Assembly (NCBI GenBank): GCA_049509455.1
Contig: JBEKZX010000001.1
Span: 64,001 to 128,000 of the forward strand
From: Conexivisphaerales archaeon
GTDB taxonomy: Archaea > Thermoproteota > Nitrososphaeria > Conexivisphaerales > DTJL01
Direction of reading: 5' to 3'
DNA length: 64,000 nucleotides
Part shown: piece by piece, positions 27,014-37,145 of the stretch
Layout: the number at the start of each line of letters is the position of its first letter
Position numbering within the stretch: the stretch's first letter is position 1
Notes under the pieces: generated by a model
The model's input: only the letters and a program-made list of their open reading frames with translations
What the model was told of the DNA's origin: nothing
Databases searched by the model: none
Program-made: the position numbers and the translations under genes

Positions 27014-29734
27014 TTGGCTACCAAAGACCTGCTTCGACGGAAGTTCGCGGAGGACTACTCGAAGTACTACAAGGTCGCCCTCTTCAGCGAGGAGGGCTTC
27101 GCCCGAAGGCAGTGCAGCAACTGCGGCAAGTTCATCTGGACGACCACCGAGGCGATGCTCTGCCCCGACTGCCAGGGGTACTCCTTCATCGGCAGGCCCC
27201 CCACCAGCGTGAGGAAGGACTACACCACCGCCTGGGCCGCCATCGAGAAGTATTTCGTCGATCGCGGCCACACGAGCGTCAAGAGGTACCCCGTCGTGGC
27301 TCGCTGGAGGCCCGACCTTTACTTCACCGTCGCCTCCATAATCGACTTCCAGAGGGTGGAGAACGGGAAGATAATCTTCGACTTCCCCGCCAACCCCCTC
27401 ATCATCCCCCAGATGTGCTTGAGGTTCAACGACATCGAGAACGTCGGCGTGACCGGCCGCCACTACACGTCCTTCTGCATGGTGGGCCAGCACGCCGTGA
27501 ACAACGCCCACGGATACTGGAAGGACAGGACCATCGAGCTGGACTACGGGCTTCTCACCGGGCCTTTCGGCGTCCCCAAGGATGAGATAACCTTCGTCGA
27601 GGATGTCTGGCTGGGCTACGGGGCCTTCGGCTATTCTCTGGAATACTACGTGAGGGGCCTTGAAATCGGGAACGCCGTCTTCACGGAATTCGAAGGCTCG
27701 CCCGAGAGCTACGTCACGATGCCCCACCCCATAGTAGACATGGGCGCAGGCTTGAATCGTTTCTCCTGGATGACTCGGGGCACCCCCACTAGCTACGAGG
27801 CCGTCTTCGGTCCAGTTTACGACCATATCATCAAACGGCTGGGGCTCCACCCGGACTCGAAGCTATTGACGAGGTACTATTCCCTCGCCGGCTCACTGGA
27901 CGTCACCGAAGTGCAAAATCCCGTCGCCGCCAAGGAGGCCGTCGCCAAGAAGTTGGGCCTCACTGGCGAGGGCCTTGAAGCGCAGATCGCTCCAATGGAG
28001 GCGGTCTTCTCTCTGCTCGACCACAGCAGGACGTTGCTCTTCGCCATAGTCGACGGAGCGCTCCCCAGCAACGTGGCCGGCGGGTACAACCTCCGGGTCC
28101 TGTTCCGCAGGGCCCAGAACTTCATCGAGGAGTACGGCTGGGACATAACGCTGGCGGAGCTGGCTTCGCTTCATGCCGAGTTCCTGAAGCCCATGTACCC
28201 GGAGCTAGCCGAGGGCGTCGCCTCGGTGGAGGAGATATTTGACGTCGAAGAGAGGAGGTACGACGCCAGCAAGGCTCGCGTCTCGTCCATTGTCCAGCAG
28301 CTGCAGAAGTCCAAGAAGTCGCCGTTGCTAGAGGACCTCATCCGTCTCTACGACAGCGAGGGGGTCACACCGGAGCTCCTCAAGGAGAACGGCCTCTCCA
28401 TAACGGTCCCCTCCGATTTCTACATGAAGGTCACGGAAAGGCACATCGTCCAGAAGCAGGCGGAGGAGAAGCCCCTCTATGACACTTCCGGGCTGCCCAG
28501 GACCAGGCCGCTCTTCTACGAAGAGAGGTCACTCTTCGACTTCGACGCAAAGGTGCTCCGGGCCTTCCCGGGCGACGCCATCGTGCTGGACCAGTCGGCC
28601 TTCTATCCACGCTCGGGCGGCCAGGAGCCCGACTTGGGGACCATCGAGGGGGTCCCAGTGGTAGATGTCATCAAGTACGGCGACGTCATAGTTCACGTCT
28701 TGAAGGGGAGGGCCCCGGCAGAGGGGGCGACGGTTCACGGAAGGGTGGATCAGGTAAGGAGGGGCATCCTCATGCGCCACCATACGGCCACACATATCGT
28801 CAACGGGGCCGCGAGGCAGGTCCTGGGCCCGTGGGTCTGGCAGCATTCGGCCTACAAGGACATCGACAAGGCGAGGCTGGACATAACCCACCACAGCCAC
28901 CTAACCCGCGAAGAGATGCTCAAGATCGAGGAAGCGGCGAACCAGGTGGTCCGTGAGAACATCCTTGTCGACCTCCAGGTCCTTCCGCGAAGCGTGGCTG
29001 AGCAGAAATACGGCTTCAGGCTGTACCAGGGAGGCGTCATCCCCGCGAAGGAGCTCCGCGTCCAAAAGATCGGCGACTTCGACGTGGAGGCCTGCGGAGG
29101 GACCCACTGCCAGCGGACCGGGGACGTGGGCTACATCAAGCTCCTCAAGGCTGAAAGGCTGCAGGACGGCGTTGAACGCCTCGAGTTCGCGGCCGGAGGC
29201 CCCGCTGTGAAATACATGGCCGACGAGGAGTCGAGGGTCCTGAGCGTCGCCGAGCAGCTCCAGACTCAGCCTGATCAGATAACGACGGTGGTCGGCTCGC
29301 TGAAGGACGGGAACGACCAGCTGAAGAAGAGGTACAAGAGCATTTCGAAGGAGCTATCCGCCCAGATGGCCGCCAATCTCAACTCCATTTCGGAGGACAT
29401 CGGAGGGATTCGCCTCCTCTTCCTCGATGCCGACTACTACGACGATCAGGCGCACATTACCATGGGCGAGCAGATAGTCGAGAAGAGGCCAGACGCCATC
29501 TACGTCGGTGCGGCCAAGCTCAACGGCAGGTGCAGGATAATCATCTTCGCCGGCGAGAAGGCCAGGGCGGCAGGCGTGGACGCCTCCTTACTCGTCAGGG
29601 GATCCTCGACGCTGCTGAAGGGCTCCGGCGGCGGCACGGCCAAGATGGCCCAGGGGGGCGGCGAGATACCCGTCACGATGCAGCCCCTGAGAGACCTTAT
29701 AACTCGCCTCATAAGAGAGGCAACCAAACAGTGA
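27014..29734 (+). CDS. alaS: Alanine--tRNA ligase
   Basis: YPVVARWRPDLYFTVASIIDFQ, CLRFNDIENVG.TGRH, GLEIGNAVF, DMGAGLNR, editing domain HHTATH...CGGTHC, C-terminal GSGGG. Confidence 0.97.
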   Translation: MATKDLLRRKFAEDYSKYYKVALFSEEGFARRQCSNCGKFIWTTTEAMLCPDCQGYSFIGRPPTSVRKDYTTAWAAIEKYFVDRGHTSVKRYPVVARWRPDLYFTVASIIDFQRVENGKIIFDFPANPLIIPQMCLRFNDIENVGVTGRHYTSFCMVGQHAVNNAHGYWKDRTIELDYGLLTGPFGVPKDEITFVEDVWLGYGAFGYSLEYYVRGLEIGNAVFTEFEGSPESYVTMPHPIVDMGAGLNRFSWMTRGTPTSYEAVFGPVYDHIIKRLGLHPDSKLLTRYYSLAGSLDVTEVQNPVAAKEAVAKKLGLTGEGLEAQIAPMEAVFSLLDHSRTLLFAIVDGALPSNVAGGYNLRVLFRRAQNFIEEYGWDITLAELASLHAEFLKPMYPELAEGVASVEEIFDVEERRYDASKARVSSIVQQLQKSKKSPLLEDLIRLYDSEGVTPELLKENGLSITVPSDFYMKVTERHIVQKQAEEKPLYDTSGLPRTRPLFYEERSLFDFDAKVLRAFPGDAIVLDQSAFYPRSGGQEPDLGTIEGVPVVDVIKYGDVIVHVLKGRAPAEGATVHGRVDQVRRGILMRHHTATHIVNGAARQVLGPWVWQHSAYKDIDKARLDITHHSHLTREEMLKIEEAANQVVRENILVDLQVLPRSVAEQKYGFRLYQGGVIPAKELRVQKIGDFDVEACGGTHCQRTGDVGYIKLLKAERLQDGVERLEFAAGGPAVKYMADEESRVLSVAEQLQTQPDQITTVVGSLKDGNDQLKKRYKSISKELSAQMAANLNSISEDIGGIRLLFLDADYYDDQAHITMGEQIVEKRPDAIYVGAAKLNGRCRIIIFAGEKARAAGVDASLLVRGSSTLLKGSGGGTAKMAQGGGEIPVTMQPLRDLITRLIREATKQ

Positions 29735-29740
29735 TTCGCA

Positions 29741-32608
29741 TTGGGCGACGTTGAGGCCAAGTGGGTGCGGCGATGGGAGGAGAGCCGGATCTTCCAGGCT
29801 GACCGCGACCCGTCGCGCCAGAAGGTCTTCGTCACCTTCCCTTATCCCTATATGAACGGGCCCCTCCACCTCGGGCACGCGTATTCAGCCCTCAGGGTGG
29901 ACGTGTTCGCTCGCTATCAGAGGATGAAGGGCTTTAACGTCCTCTTCCCGTGGGCCTGGCACTGGACCGGCCAACCCATTGTTTCGGCGGCAGAGCGCCT
30001 GTCGAGGGGAGACCCCCTCATGGTCCACGAGTTCCGTGACGTCGACCGCGTCCCTGACTCCGAGCTGGCCAAGTTCGAGGACCCCCTCTACATGGCGGAG
30101 TATTACACGGAGCACAACAGACAAGCCGTCAAGCTGCTGGGGATGTCGATAGACTGGCGAAGAGAGTTCCACACGTCCAGCCACGAGCCCGCCTTCAGCA
30201 AGTTCGTGGAGTGGCAGTACTTGAAGCTAAGGGAGCTGGGCTACGTCGTCCAGGGGACCCATCCCGTCGTCTGGTGCCCTCACGACAAGAGCCCCACGGG
30301 CGACCATGACAGGCTCGAAGGGGAGGGAGTCGCCTCAGAAGAGTTCACCCTAGTCAAGTTCAAGCTGGAGCTGGAGGACAAGTTCCTGGTGGCCGCTACC
30401 CTCAGGCCGGAGACCATCTTCGGCGCCACCAACCTATGGATTAACCCCGAGGGCTTCTATTCCGAAGTCGTCGTGGACGGAGAGAACTGGATCGTCAGCA
30501 ACGAAGCCGTGAACAAGCTGTCGGAGCAGGGGAGGACCGTCAGCATCATCCGGAAGCTCGACGGCCTCTCACTCCTCGACACGAAGTGCTTGGTCCCCCT
30601 GGTGGGGAGGACGATTCCAGTCCTGCCGGCCGTGTTCGTCGACACCGACAACGCCACCGGCGTGGTCTACAGCGTCCCCGCCCATGCCCCCTACGACTGG
30701 CTGGCCCTAAGGGACCTCAAGACGGGGAACGAGAAGCTGGGCGCTTACAAGGTGAAACCGGAGAGCGTAGAGGAGACGGTCCCCATTTCGATAATCAGCC
30801 TGGCGGGATACGGCCAGTACCCCGCCGTGGATGCCGTCAACGCCCTCCAGGCCGTTGATCAGCTCGACCCCAAGGGCGAGGTGGCCACCAAGGAGATCTA
30901 CAGCAAGGAGTTCCACCTGGGAACCATGAAAGAGAACTGTCTTTCATACTCCGGGATGAAGGTGTCAGCGGCGAAGGAGGCCGTCACAGGAGAGCTACTC
31001 AGGCTGCGCCTAGCCGACAGGATGTTCGAGCTCCCCCAGAAGGTCATCTGCCGCTGCATGACCAAATGTATCGTGAAGGTCCTCCAGGACCAGTGGTTCC
31101 TCCGCTACAGCGACCCTGCCTGGAAGGAGAGCTCACTCAAATGCATAGCGGCCGCCGAGGTCTACCCCGAGGAGGCGCGGCAGTGGTTCGTCGAAAGCGT
31201 GAACTGGATCAGGGAGTGGCCCTGCGCCAGGAAGGTCGGCCTGGGCACTCCCCTTCCGTGGGATAAGGAGTGGATCGTTGAGACGCTCAGCGATTCGACC
31301 ATCTACATGGCCTTCTACACCATCTCGCATATCATCCGCTCTCAGGGGATAATCGAAGAGATGCTCACCCCCGAGGCCTTCGACTACATCTTCCTGGGAG
31401 CCGGCGACCCCGCCGCAGTCTCGGCCAGCTGCGGCATCCCCGTAAAGGTCCTAGACGAGATGAGGGCGGAGTTCCTTTACTGGTATCCGGTCGACCTGAG
31501 GAACAGCGCGAAGGAGCTCGTCCCTAACCACCTCACATTCTTCATCATGCAGCACGTCGCAATGTTCAGGCCAAGTCAGTGGCCCAGAGGGTTGGGCGTC
31601 AACGGAATGATGCTGCTTGAAGGCGTCAAGATGTCCAAGTCGAAGGGCAACGTGATACCCGTCTCGACGGCCATCGGTGATCTGGGAGCCGACACGGTGC
31701 GCGGAACTCTTCTTTCCAGCGCCGAAGGGATGGACGACCCCGACTGGCGTTCCAAGAACGCAGAGGACATCCACGCTAGGGTGACTTCGCTTCCCTCTTT
31801 CATCGAGAAGGCCCTAGCCTCATCCATCGATCGCGAGGAGCTGCCCATCGACAGGTGGCTCACCGCCACCCTGCAACTCAGGATCTCCTCCGTGTCGCAG
31901 GCCGTGGAGAAGCTCAAGACGAGGACGGCCTTCCAGGCTGCCTTCTTCGACATCTGGAACGATCTGAGATGGTATCTCAAGCGGTCTTTACCCAGGAAGG
32001 AGACGCTTAGGGCCTACGTTCGCACATGGTCGCTCGTCCTGTCCCCCTTCATACCGTTCACCGCCGAGGAGCTCAACGAATGGCTGGGAGGAAAGGGGCT
32101 CGTCTCCGTGGGGCGCTGGCCCGAGCCGGAGGGAAGGCTGGTGGACGCCAATGCGCTGCTCGGGGAGTGGGACGTGGACCACGCGATAAGCGACGTCAAG
32201 GAGATTCTGGCCGTCGTTAAGCAGCGTCCCACCAAGGCCTCCATCTTCGTGGCGACCTCCGACCGACTACAGCTCTTCCGGAAGATTGCCGACGACCTGC
32301 AGAAGGGGAGGAAGGATGGAGACATCATCAAGGAGGCCTTGAGCGCGGCACCCCCTTACGACCGCCAGGCCGTCGTGTCGCTCGTACAGTCAATCATCAA
32401 GCACTGCAGGGGCCTGGGAGCCGAAGTCCTGGACAGGCTGCGGGCCGCCACCGCCTTCGACGAGCTGGAGTTCCTCCGCAGCGCGACCTCCTTCATGGCA
32501 TCTGAGACGGGCCTGACGGAGGTGAAGGTCGTCAGATACTCCCCCACCGCCACCTACAGGAAGCCCCTCAACCCGCTGCCGCTCAAGCCCTCCATAGTCT
32601 TGGAGTAG
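29741..32608 (+). CDS. leuS: Leucine--tRNA ligase (archaeal type)
   Basis: FPYPYMNGPLHLGH (HIGH), TLRPETIFG, SVPAHAPYD, TLSDSTIYMA, KMSKSKGN. Confidence 0.97.
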   Translation: MGDVEAKWVRRWEESRIFQADRDPSRQKVFVTFPYPYMNGPLHLGHAYSALRVDVFARYQRMKGFNVLFPWAWHWTGQPIVSAAERLSRGDPLMVHEFRDVDRVPDSELAKFEDPLYMAEYYTEHNRQAVKLLGMSIDWRREFHTSSHEPAFSKFVEWQYLKLRELGYVVQGTHPVVWCPHDKSPTGDHDRLEGEGVASEEFTLVKFKLELEDKFLVAATLRPETIFGATNLWINPEGFYSEVVVDGENWIVSNEAVNKLSEQGRTVSIIRKLDGLSLLDTKCLVPLVGRTIPVLPAVFVDTDNATGVVYSVPAHAPYDWLALRDLKTGNEKLGAYKVKPESVEETVPISIISLAGYGQYPAVDAVNALQAVDQLDPKGEVATKEIYSKEFHLGTMKENCLSYSGMKVSAAKEAVTGELLRLRLADRMFELPQKVICRCMTKCIVKVLQDQWFLRYSDPAWKESSLKCIAAAEVYPEEARQWFVESVNWIREWPCARKVGLGTPLPWDKEWIVETLSDSTIYMAFYTISHIIRSQGIIEEMLTPEAFDYIFLGAGDPAAVSASCGIPVKVLDEMRAEFLYWYPVDLRNSAKELVPNHLTFFIMQHVAMFRPSQWPRGLGVNGMMLLEGVKMSKSKGNVIPVSTAIGDLGADTVRGTLLSSAEGMDDPDWRSKNAEDIHARVTSLPSFIEKALASSIDREELPIDRWLTATLQLRISSVSQAVEKLKTRTAFQAAFFDIWNDLRWYLKRSLPRKETLRAYVRTWSLVLSPFIPFTAEELNEWLGGKGLVSVGRWPEPEGRLVDANALLGEWDVDHAISDVKEILAVVKQRPTKASIFVATSDRLQLFRKIADDLQKGRKDGDIIKEALSAAPPYDRQAVVSLVQSIIKHCRGLGAEVLDRLRAATAFDELEFLRSATSFMASETGLTEVKVVRYSPTATYRKPLNPLPLKPSIVLE

Positions 32609-32659
32609 CCTGTGCTAACCTAGCAATCCATTAATTCTGATTCGACGGACAAAGTCGCG

Positions 32660-33679
32660 TTGAAGGCTCTTTACCTCGAAAGCATCGGCAAGGAGCTAGT
32701 GCTGAAAGACGTTCCGGTCCCGTCCGCCCTGGCACCTGACGAAGTCCTGGTTGAGACGGAGCTCACCGGCATCTGCTACAGGGACATCCTTACGTCGAAG
32801 GGCTTCTTCCCCAGGACCAGGCTTCCCATAGTGCTGGGGCATGAGATATCCGGGAAGATCGTCAAGCTCGGGTCTGCCGTCACCGGCTTCAAGGAGGGAG
32901 ACAGGGTCGGCTCCCTGATCTACGAGCCATGCGGCAAGTGCGAATACTGCCTATCCGGTAGAGAGAACCTGTGCCGTTCCAAGAGGACCTTCGGCGAAGA
33001 CATCGACGGCTCCTACGCCAGCTTCGTTAAGGTGAGCAGCCGTTCTCTGATCAAGGCCCCCGACGGCGTGTCGTCCGCCGGCCTGGCCATCTCTGCGTGC
33101 GTCACGGGGATGCTGATGCACGCGTTCAGGACCCGGGGCGCCCTGTTCCCGGGCGAAACGGTGCTCGTCACGGGGGCCGGAGGAGGCGTGGGCATACATG
33201 CCGTTCAGGTCGCCAAGGCGTTGGGCGCCAAGGTCATAGCTGCCACTTCGTCCGAATGGAAGGCGGCCAAGATAAAGGAGGTCGGTGCCTCTGACGTCAT
33301 AGTGTGGAACGAGGGCTTCGGCGACCAGGTCAAGAAGCTCACCGAAGGGAGGGGTGTTGACGTCATCCTCGAGTCGGTGGGAGGTCCCACCTTCGGCGAA
33401 AGCATGAGGAGCCTGGCCCCCGGCGGCAGGCTGGTTGTCGTCGGGAACGTCCTCCCCTCGCCGGTCCAGTTTCAGCTGGGGACCCTCATCCTGAAGGAGC
33501 TCTCCATCGTGGGCAGCATCAGCTCCGTCAGGAAGGACGTCGAGGACGCCCTGAGGCTCACGGCGGAGGGGAAGATCAAGCCGGTCGTGCACGACACCCT
33601 CCCCCTAGAGGAAGCCTCCAGGGGTCACAAGCTGATGTCCGAGAAGGCGACCCTCGGCCGCGTCATGCTGAAGCCCTAG
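32660..33679 (+). CDS. Zinc-binding MDR dehydrogenase resembling Sulfolobales acryloyl-CoA reductase
   Basis: CYRD, GFFPR, VLGHE, CGKCEYC...C, CVTGM, TGAGGGVGIHAVQVAKA, ALRLTAEGKIKPVV. Confidence 0.75.
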   Translation: MKALYLESIGKELVLKDVPVPSALAPDEVLVETELTGICYRDILTSKGFFPRTRLPIVLGHEISGKIVKLGSAVTGFKEGDRVGSLIYEPCGKCEYCLSGRENLCRSKRTFGEDIDGSYASFVKVSSRSLIKAPDGVSSAGLAISACVTGMLMHAFRTRGALFPGETVLVTGAGGGVGIHAVQVAKALGAKVIAATSSEWKAAKIKEVGASDVIVWNEGFGDQVKKLTEGRGVDVILESVGGPTFGESMRSLAPGGRLVVVGNVLPSPVQFQLGTLILKELSIVGSISSVRKDVEDALRLTAEGKIKPVVHDTLPLEEASRGHKLMSEKATLGRVMLKP

Positions 33680-34116
33680 CGTTTCTCCATTAGGTAGGCG
33701 TCTTCGCCGTCGGGGTAGTAGCCCCGGAGCGTCTTCACGATCGAAAAGCCGAAGGCGCGATAGAGGTCCTGCGCCTTCAGGTTCGAGACGCCGACCTGGA
33801 GGGTCACCTCCCTGCACTCCTTGGACAGGCGCAGCAGTGCCTCCTTGAGCAGCGATGTCCCCACCTTCTTCCGACGCATGTCGGCCCTGACGGCCATGGA
33901 GACGATCAATCCCCTTCGGCCATACTCGACGATGACGTAGCCCGCCACCTTCTCCCCTTCCGCCGCCACGAGGAACCCGTCGAAGCTAGAGTGTTCGACT
34001 CGCATGAGGTAGGCCTCGAAGACGTCGCGGTCGTAGGGATGGGGGAAAGAGGTCTTCTCTATCTCGTAGACGTCGTCGAGGTCTCTTCGGCGGCATTCCC
34101 TGATCTCCATGGGCAA
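33676..34116 (-). CDS. GNAT N-acetyltransferase (RimI/Ard1-like)
   Basis: EIEKTSF..PY, SMAV....RRKKVGTSLL, LQVGVSN..AQDLY...GF, YYPDGEDAYLM. Confidence 0.9.
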   Translation of the reverse strand: MPMEIRECRRRDLDDVYEIEKTSFPHPYDRDVFEAYLMRVEHSSFDGFLVAAEGEKVAGYVIVEYGRRGLIVSMAVRADMRRKKVGTSLLKEALLRLSKECREVTLQVGVSNLKAQDLYRAFGFSIVKTLRGYYPDGEDAYLMEKR

Positions 34117-34213
34117 GGCTGACGGAGCCCCTTTGATGCTTCCACCTAATAACCAGTCTCGTTGGCAACGGTATCTTTAAGACGGACGCATCCCGACCTT
34201 TTGTGACCAAGAT

Positions 34214-34513
34214 ATGTTCGTTCCGTTGCTGCTTCAAGGTTCGGAGTGGCTGGTAGTTGTCGTCATCGTGGTGGTGTTGATTTTCGGTGCCAGCAGGATC
34301 CCCACCTTGGCCAAGTCCCTAGGACGCGCTCAGGGCGAGTTCCAGAAGGGGAGGGTCGAATCCGAGATTGAGGTACAGAAGCTCAAGGAAGGAGCCAATC
34401 CGCAGCCGTCAGATCATGACAAGCTCTTGAAAGCTGCGTGGGCGCTCGGCATCTCGACAGAAGGCAAGACCGACGACCAGATCCGCGCAGAAGTAAAGAA
34501 TTCCATGGGATAG
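34214..34513 (+). CDS. tatA: Twin-arginine translocase TatA/E subunit
   Basis: EWLVVVVIVVVLIFGASRIPTLAKSLGRAQGEFQKG. Confidence 0.9.
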   Translation: MFVPLLLQGSEWLVVVVIVVVLIFGASRIPTLAKSLGRAQGEFQKGRVESEIEVQKLKEGANPQPSDHDKLLKAAWALGISTEGKTDDQIRAEVKNSMG

Positions 34514-34603
34514 GCTCGGCGAACCCTTCATCTGTGAAGGTATCCCGTTTTCGTTTCCATTATGACCACTAGTGGTAGCTCTGCCCCGCCTCCGAGGCGG
34601 CCT

Positions 34604-36106
34604 TCATTTCCAATCGCTATGAAAAGAGCCCTTCCTGTCCACCCGTTCATAGGTGTGGGCCCCGAAGATGTCCCTCAGACCCTGTATCAGGTTGGCCGGC
34701 AGCGTCTCCCTGTGGTAGGCGTCGAAGTAGTTCAGGGCGGAGTCCATCGCTGGGGTAGGGACGCTGAGCATCTTTGCGACTCGGACGACATGCCTCCAGC
34801 TTGCCTCGAACTTGACCAGGATCGACCTGATATCTTCGTCGATCAGCAAGTTGGCTAGGTCATGGTCGGCGGCATATGCCAATTGGACCAGGTCCAGCAG
34901 CTTGGCCCTAATGATGCAGCCTCCCTTCCAGATTCGGGCTACCTCGTCCAGCGGCAGCCCGTATCCGTACTCCAGGGAACCAGCCTTCAGAAGCGCGAAC
35001 CCCTGGGCATATGAAGTCATGAACGAGCAGTACAGGGCGTCACCCAGCTCCCCGCACAGCCGGGAGCGGTCCCCTCTAAACGCGGCCTTGACCGGCGGAT
35101 AGCACTTCGAAGCCCTGACGCGTTCCTCCTTGTACGCCGAAAGGTTCCTCGCCGACACCCCCGCATCGATGGTGGGGATGGGGACGCCGAGGTCCAGGGC
35201 CGTCTGAGACGTCCACTTGCCGGTCCCCTTCTGCTTCGCCCGGTCCAAGATCATCTCCACGAGGGGCCTCCCCGTCATCGCGTCCACCTTGGAGAGGGCC
35301 TGAGCTGTGATCTCCATCAGGTAGGACTGCAGCTCGTGGTCGTTCCAGTAGGCGAAGTAGTCTCTGGCGGTCCCCACCTTCATGCCCAGTCCTGCCACTT
35401 GGAGGTCGTAAGCCTCCGCGATGAGCTCCATCAGGGCATATTCGATTCCGTTATGGACCATCTTGGTGAAGTGGCCGGCGCCGCCGGGACCTAGATAGGC
35501 CGAGCAGACCCCCGAGGTGGTCCTGGCAGCTATCCTCCCGAAAATGGTCTTCACCTGCTCATACGCATCCTTGGGTCCTCCGGCCATGATGCAGGGTCCC
35601 TTCAGGGCGCCCTCCTCCCCTCCGCTTACGCCTACCCCTAGGAGGTGCAGCCCCAGTTCGGAGGCCTCCTTTGCGCGACGTTCCGTATCTCTGAAGAACG
35701 AGTTCCCCGCGTCCATGAGGATATCTCCCTTCGAAAGCAATGGCGACACCTGATTGATCACCTGGTCGACTGCCGGGCCGGCCGTGACCATCATCAGGAT
35801 CCTCCGCGGGGATTCTAAGGCGTCAAGGAAGGCGGAGAGGCTGTAGGTCAGCATGACGGTCATCGATTTCTCGACCCGACCTTCGAACTCCTTGGTCCTT
35901 TCCGAGGTCCGATTATAGACCGCCACCGGGAAGCCCTTCCCGGCCATGTTCAGGGCCAGGCTTTCGCCCATGGTGCCCAATCCGATTACTCCGATCTGAG
36001 CCTTAGGCAAGGTCCCGCTCCATCCAGTTGTCTGCCTCACATCCGCTTTTTTGTGTTGCGACCAAGGCCCTCTCGGAAGCGTTATGTCTCGGCGACGACC
36101 GTGCAA
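34604..36106 (-). CDS. gnd: NADP-dependent 6-phosphogluconate dehydrogenase, long decarboxylating form (true start probably near 36020)
   Basis: IGVIGLGTMG, VYNRT, DAGNSFF.DT, GVSGGEEGA..GP, HFTKMVHNGIEY, QKGTGKWT, WKGGCIIRA, LPANLIQGLRDIFGAHTYER. Confidence 0.96.
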   Translation of the reverse strand: MHGRRRDITLPRGPWSQHKKADVRQTTGWSGTLPKAQIGVIGLGTMGESLALNMAGKGFPVAVYNRTSERTKEFEGRVEKSMTVMLTYSLSAFLDALESPRRILMMVTAGPAVDQVINQVSPLLSKGDILMDAGNSFFRDTERRAKEASELGLHLLGVGVSGGEEGALKGPCIMAGGPKDAYEQVKTIFGRIAARTTSGVCSAYLGPGGAGHFTKMVHNGIEYALMELIAEAYDLQVAGLGMKVGTARDYFAYWNDHELQSYLMEITAQALSKVDAMTGRPLVEMILDRAKQKGTGKWTSQTALDLGVPIPTIDAGVSARNLSAYKEERVRASKCYPPVKAAFRGDRSRLCGELGDALYCSFMTSYAQGFALLKAGSLEYGYGLPLDEVARIWKGGCIIRAKLLDLVQLAYAADHDLANLLIDEDIRSILVKFEASWRHVVRVAKMLSVPTPAMDSALNYFDAYHRETLPANLIQGLRDIFGAHTYERVDRKGSFHSDWK

Positions 36107-36738
36107 GGTGCGCTGTCGATGCCTTCGACGAAGAGCGGGGCTACCAGGACTCGCTTGGCCTTCTTGGGGAAACTAGCGAGGTCCATGTCCTCTATTATGA
36201 AGAAGTCCCGGCCCCGGAGCAGGGCTGAATGCGCCCTTCTCCCCTCCTCCCTGTTCTGGACCGCCGACAACGAGATGAAGTCCAGCCCCAGGGCCCTCAG
36301 ACGCGGAAACATCGACGCGAGGTAGCGCGCTGCCTCGGCCGACACGCCGGGGTTCATGGTCATGTAGGTAACCGGGTCCTTATCCCTTCGAACTTGGAAT
36401 CCGGTCCGCAGGAGCAGGAGATCCGCTTTCGAGATTTCGCGATCATGACCTTCCAATTCGGCCACCGTGATGAGCTCAGATTCGCCTTTCGGCAAATCCA
36501 AGATTAGAGGGTGGACGAAAACGAAGGCATTGAACGGATACTCGCAGACAGCCTTCCCCTCATCATCTACATGCCTGGGCGCGTCGATGTGCGTCCCCAG
36601 ATGGTTGGGGAAAGAGATCGAATAGCTGTTGCTCGAGCCCCCACTCCTTACCTCCTTTATCGGGGCGATCGTCAAAGAAGGGCCGGCCGCAAACGACGGA
36701 GTCTTGGCGTCCAATCTATGCGAGAGAAGGACCCACAA
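36082..36738 (-). CDS. Cyclase-family (KynB-like) metal-dependent hydrolase
   Basis: PNHLGTHIDAPRH (HxGTHxDxPxH), LLLRTG, GLDFIS, AHSALL, IIEDM; its stop lies next to the likely gnd start. Confidence 0.88.
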   Translation of the reverse strand: MWVLLSHRLDAKTPSFAAGPSLTIAPIKEVRSGGSSNSYSISFPNHLGTHIDAPRHVDDEGKAVCEYPFNAFVFVHPLILDLPKGESELITVAELEGHDREISKADLLLLRTGFQVRRDKDPVTYMTMNPGVSAEAARYLASMFPRLRALGLDFISLSAVQNREEGRRAHSALLRGRDFFIIEDMDLASFPKKAKRVLVAPLFVEGIDSAPCTVVAET

Positions 36739-37145
36739 TCCGTCATTGCGTGACCCTCATGGTATTTTTGGATATCTATTGCTGCTGGAAAAGAAATCAA
36801 TATCATCTGGGTCATGCCTGACGGGCTGACGCGACTGGGCCCAGCCCATCAGATACCTACCCTTAATCCGTCTTGAAGCGTCACCACCTCGCATGGCATG
36901 ATTGAGGCCCAAACCTTCGTTGAAGGAAGGGCGTCAAGCCAAAGTCGAGGCCGGTCGGCTCCAGCTATTTCTTTCGCCGCACAAACCATCTCACCCGCAG
37001 TTCCAATCGTTTTGGCTCGCCAGCATCAACAGACCAGCCGCCATTTTCGCTAAATGAGCTAACGTCGATGTTCTCCACGAGTCGTATTACGTGCCCGTGT
37101 GCTTTGGATGCAACCTTATTAGCATGTGCAGTCAGAGCCTGAGAT

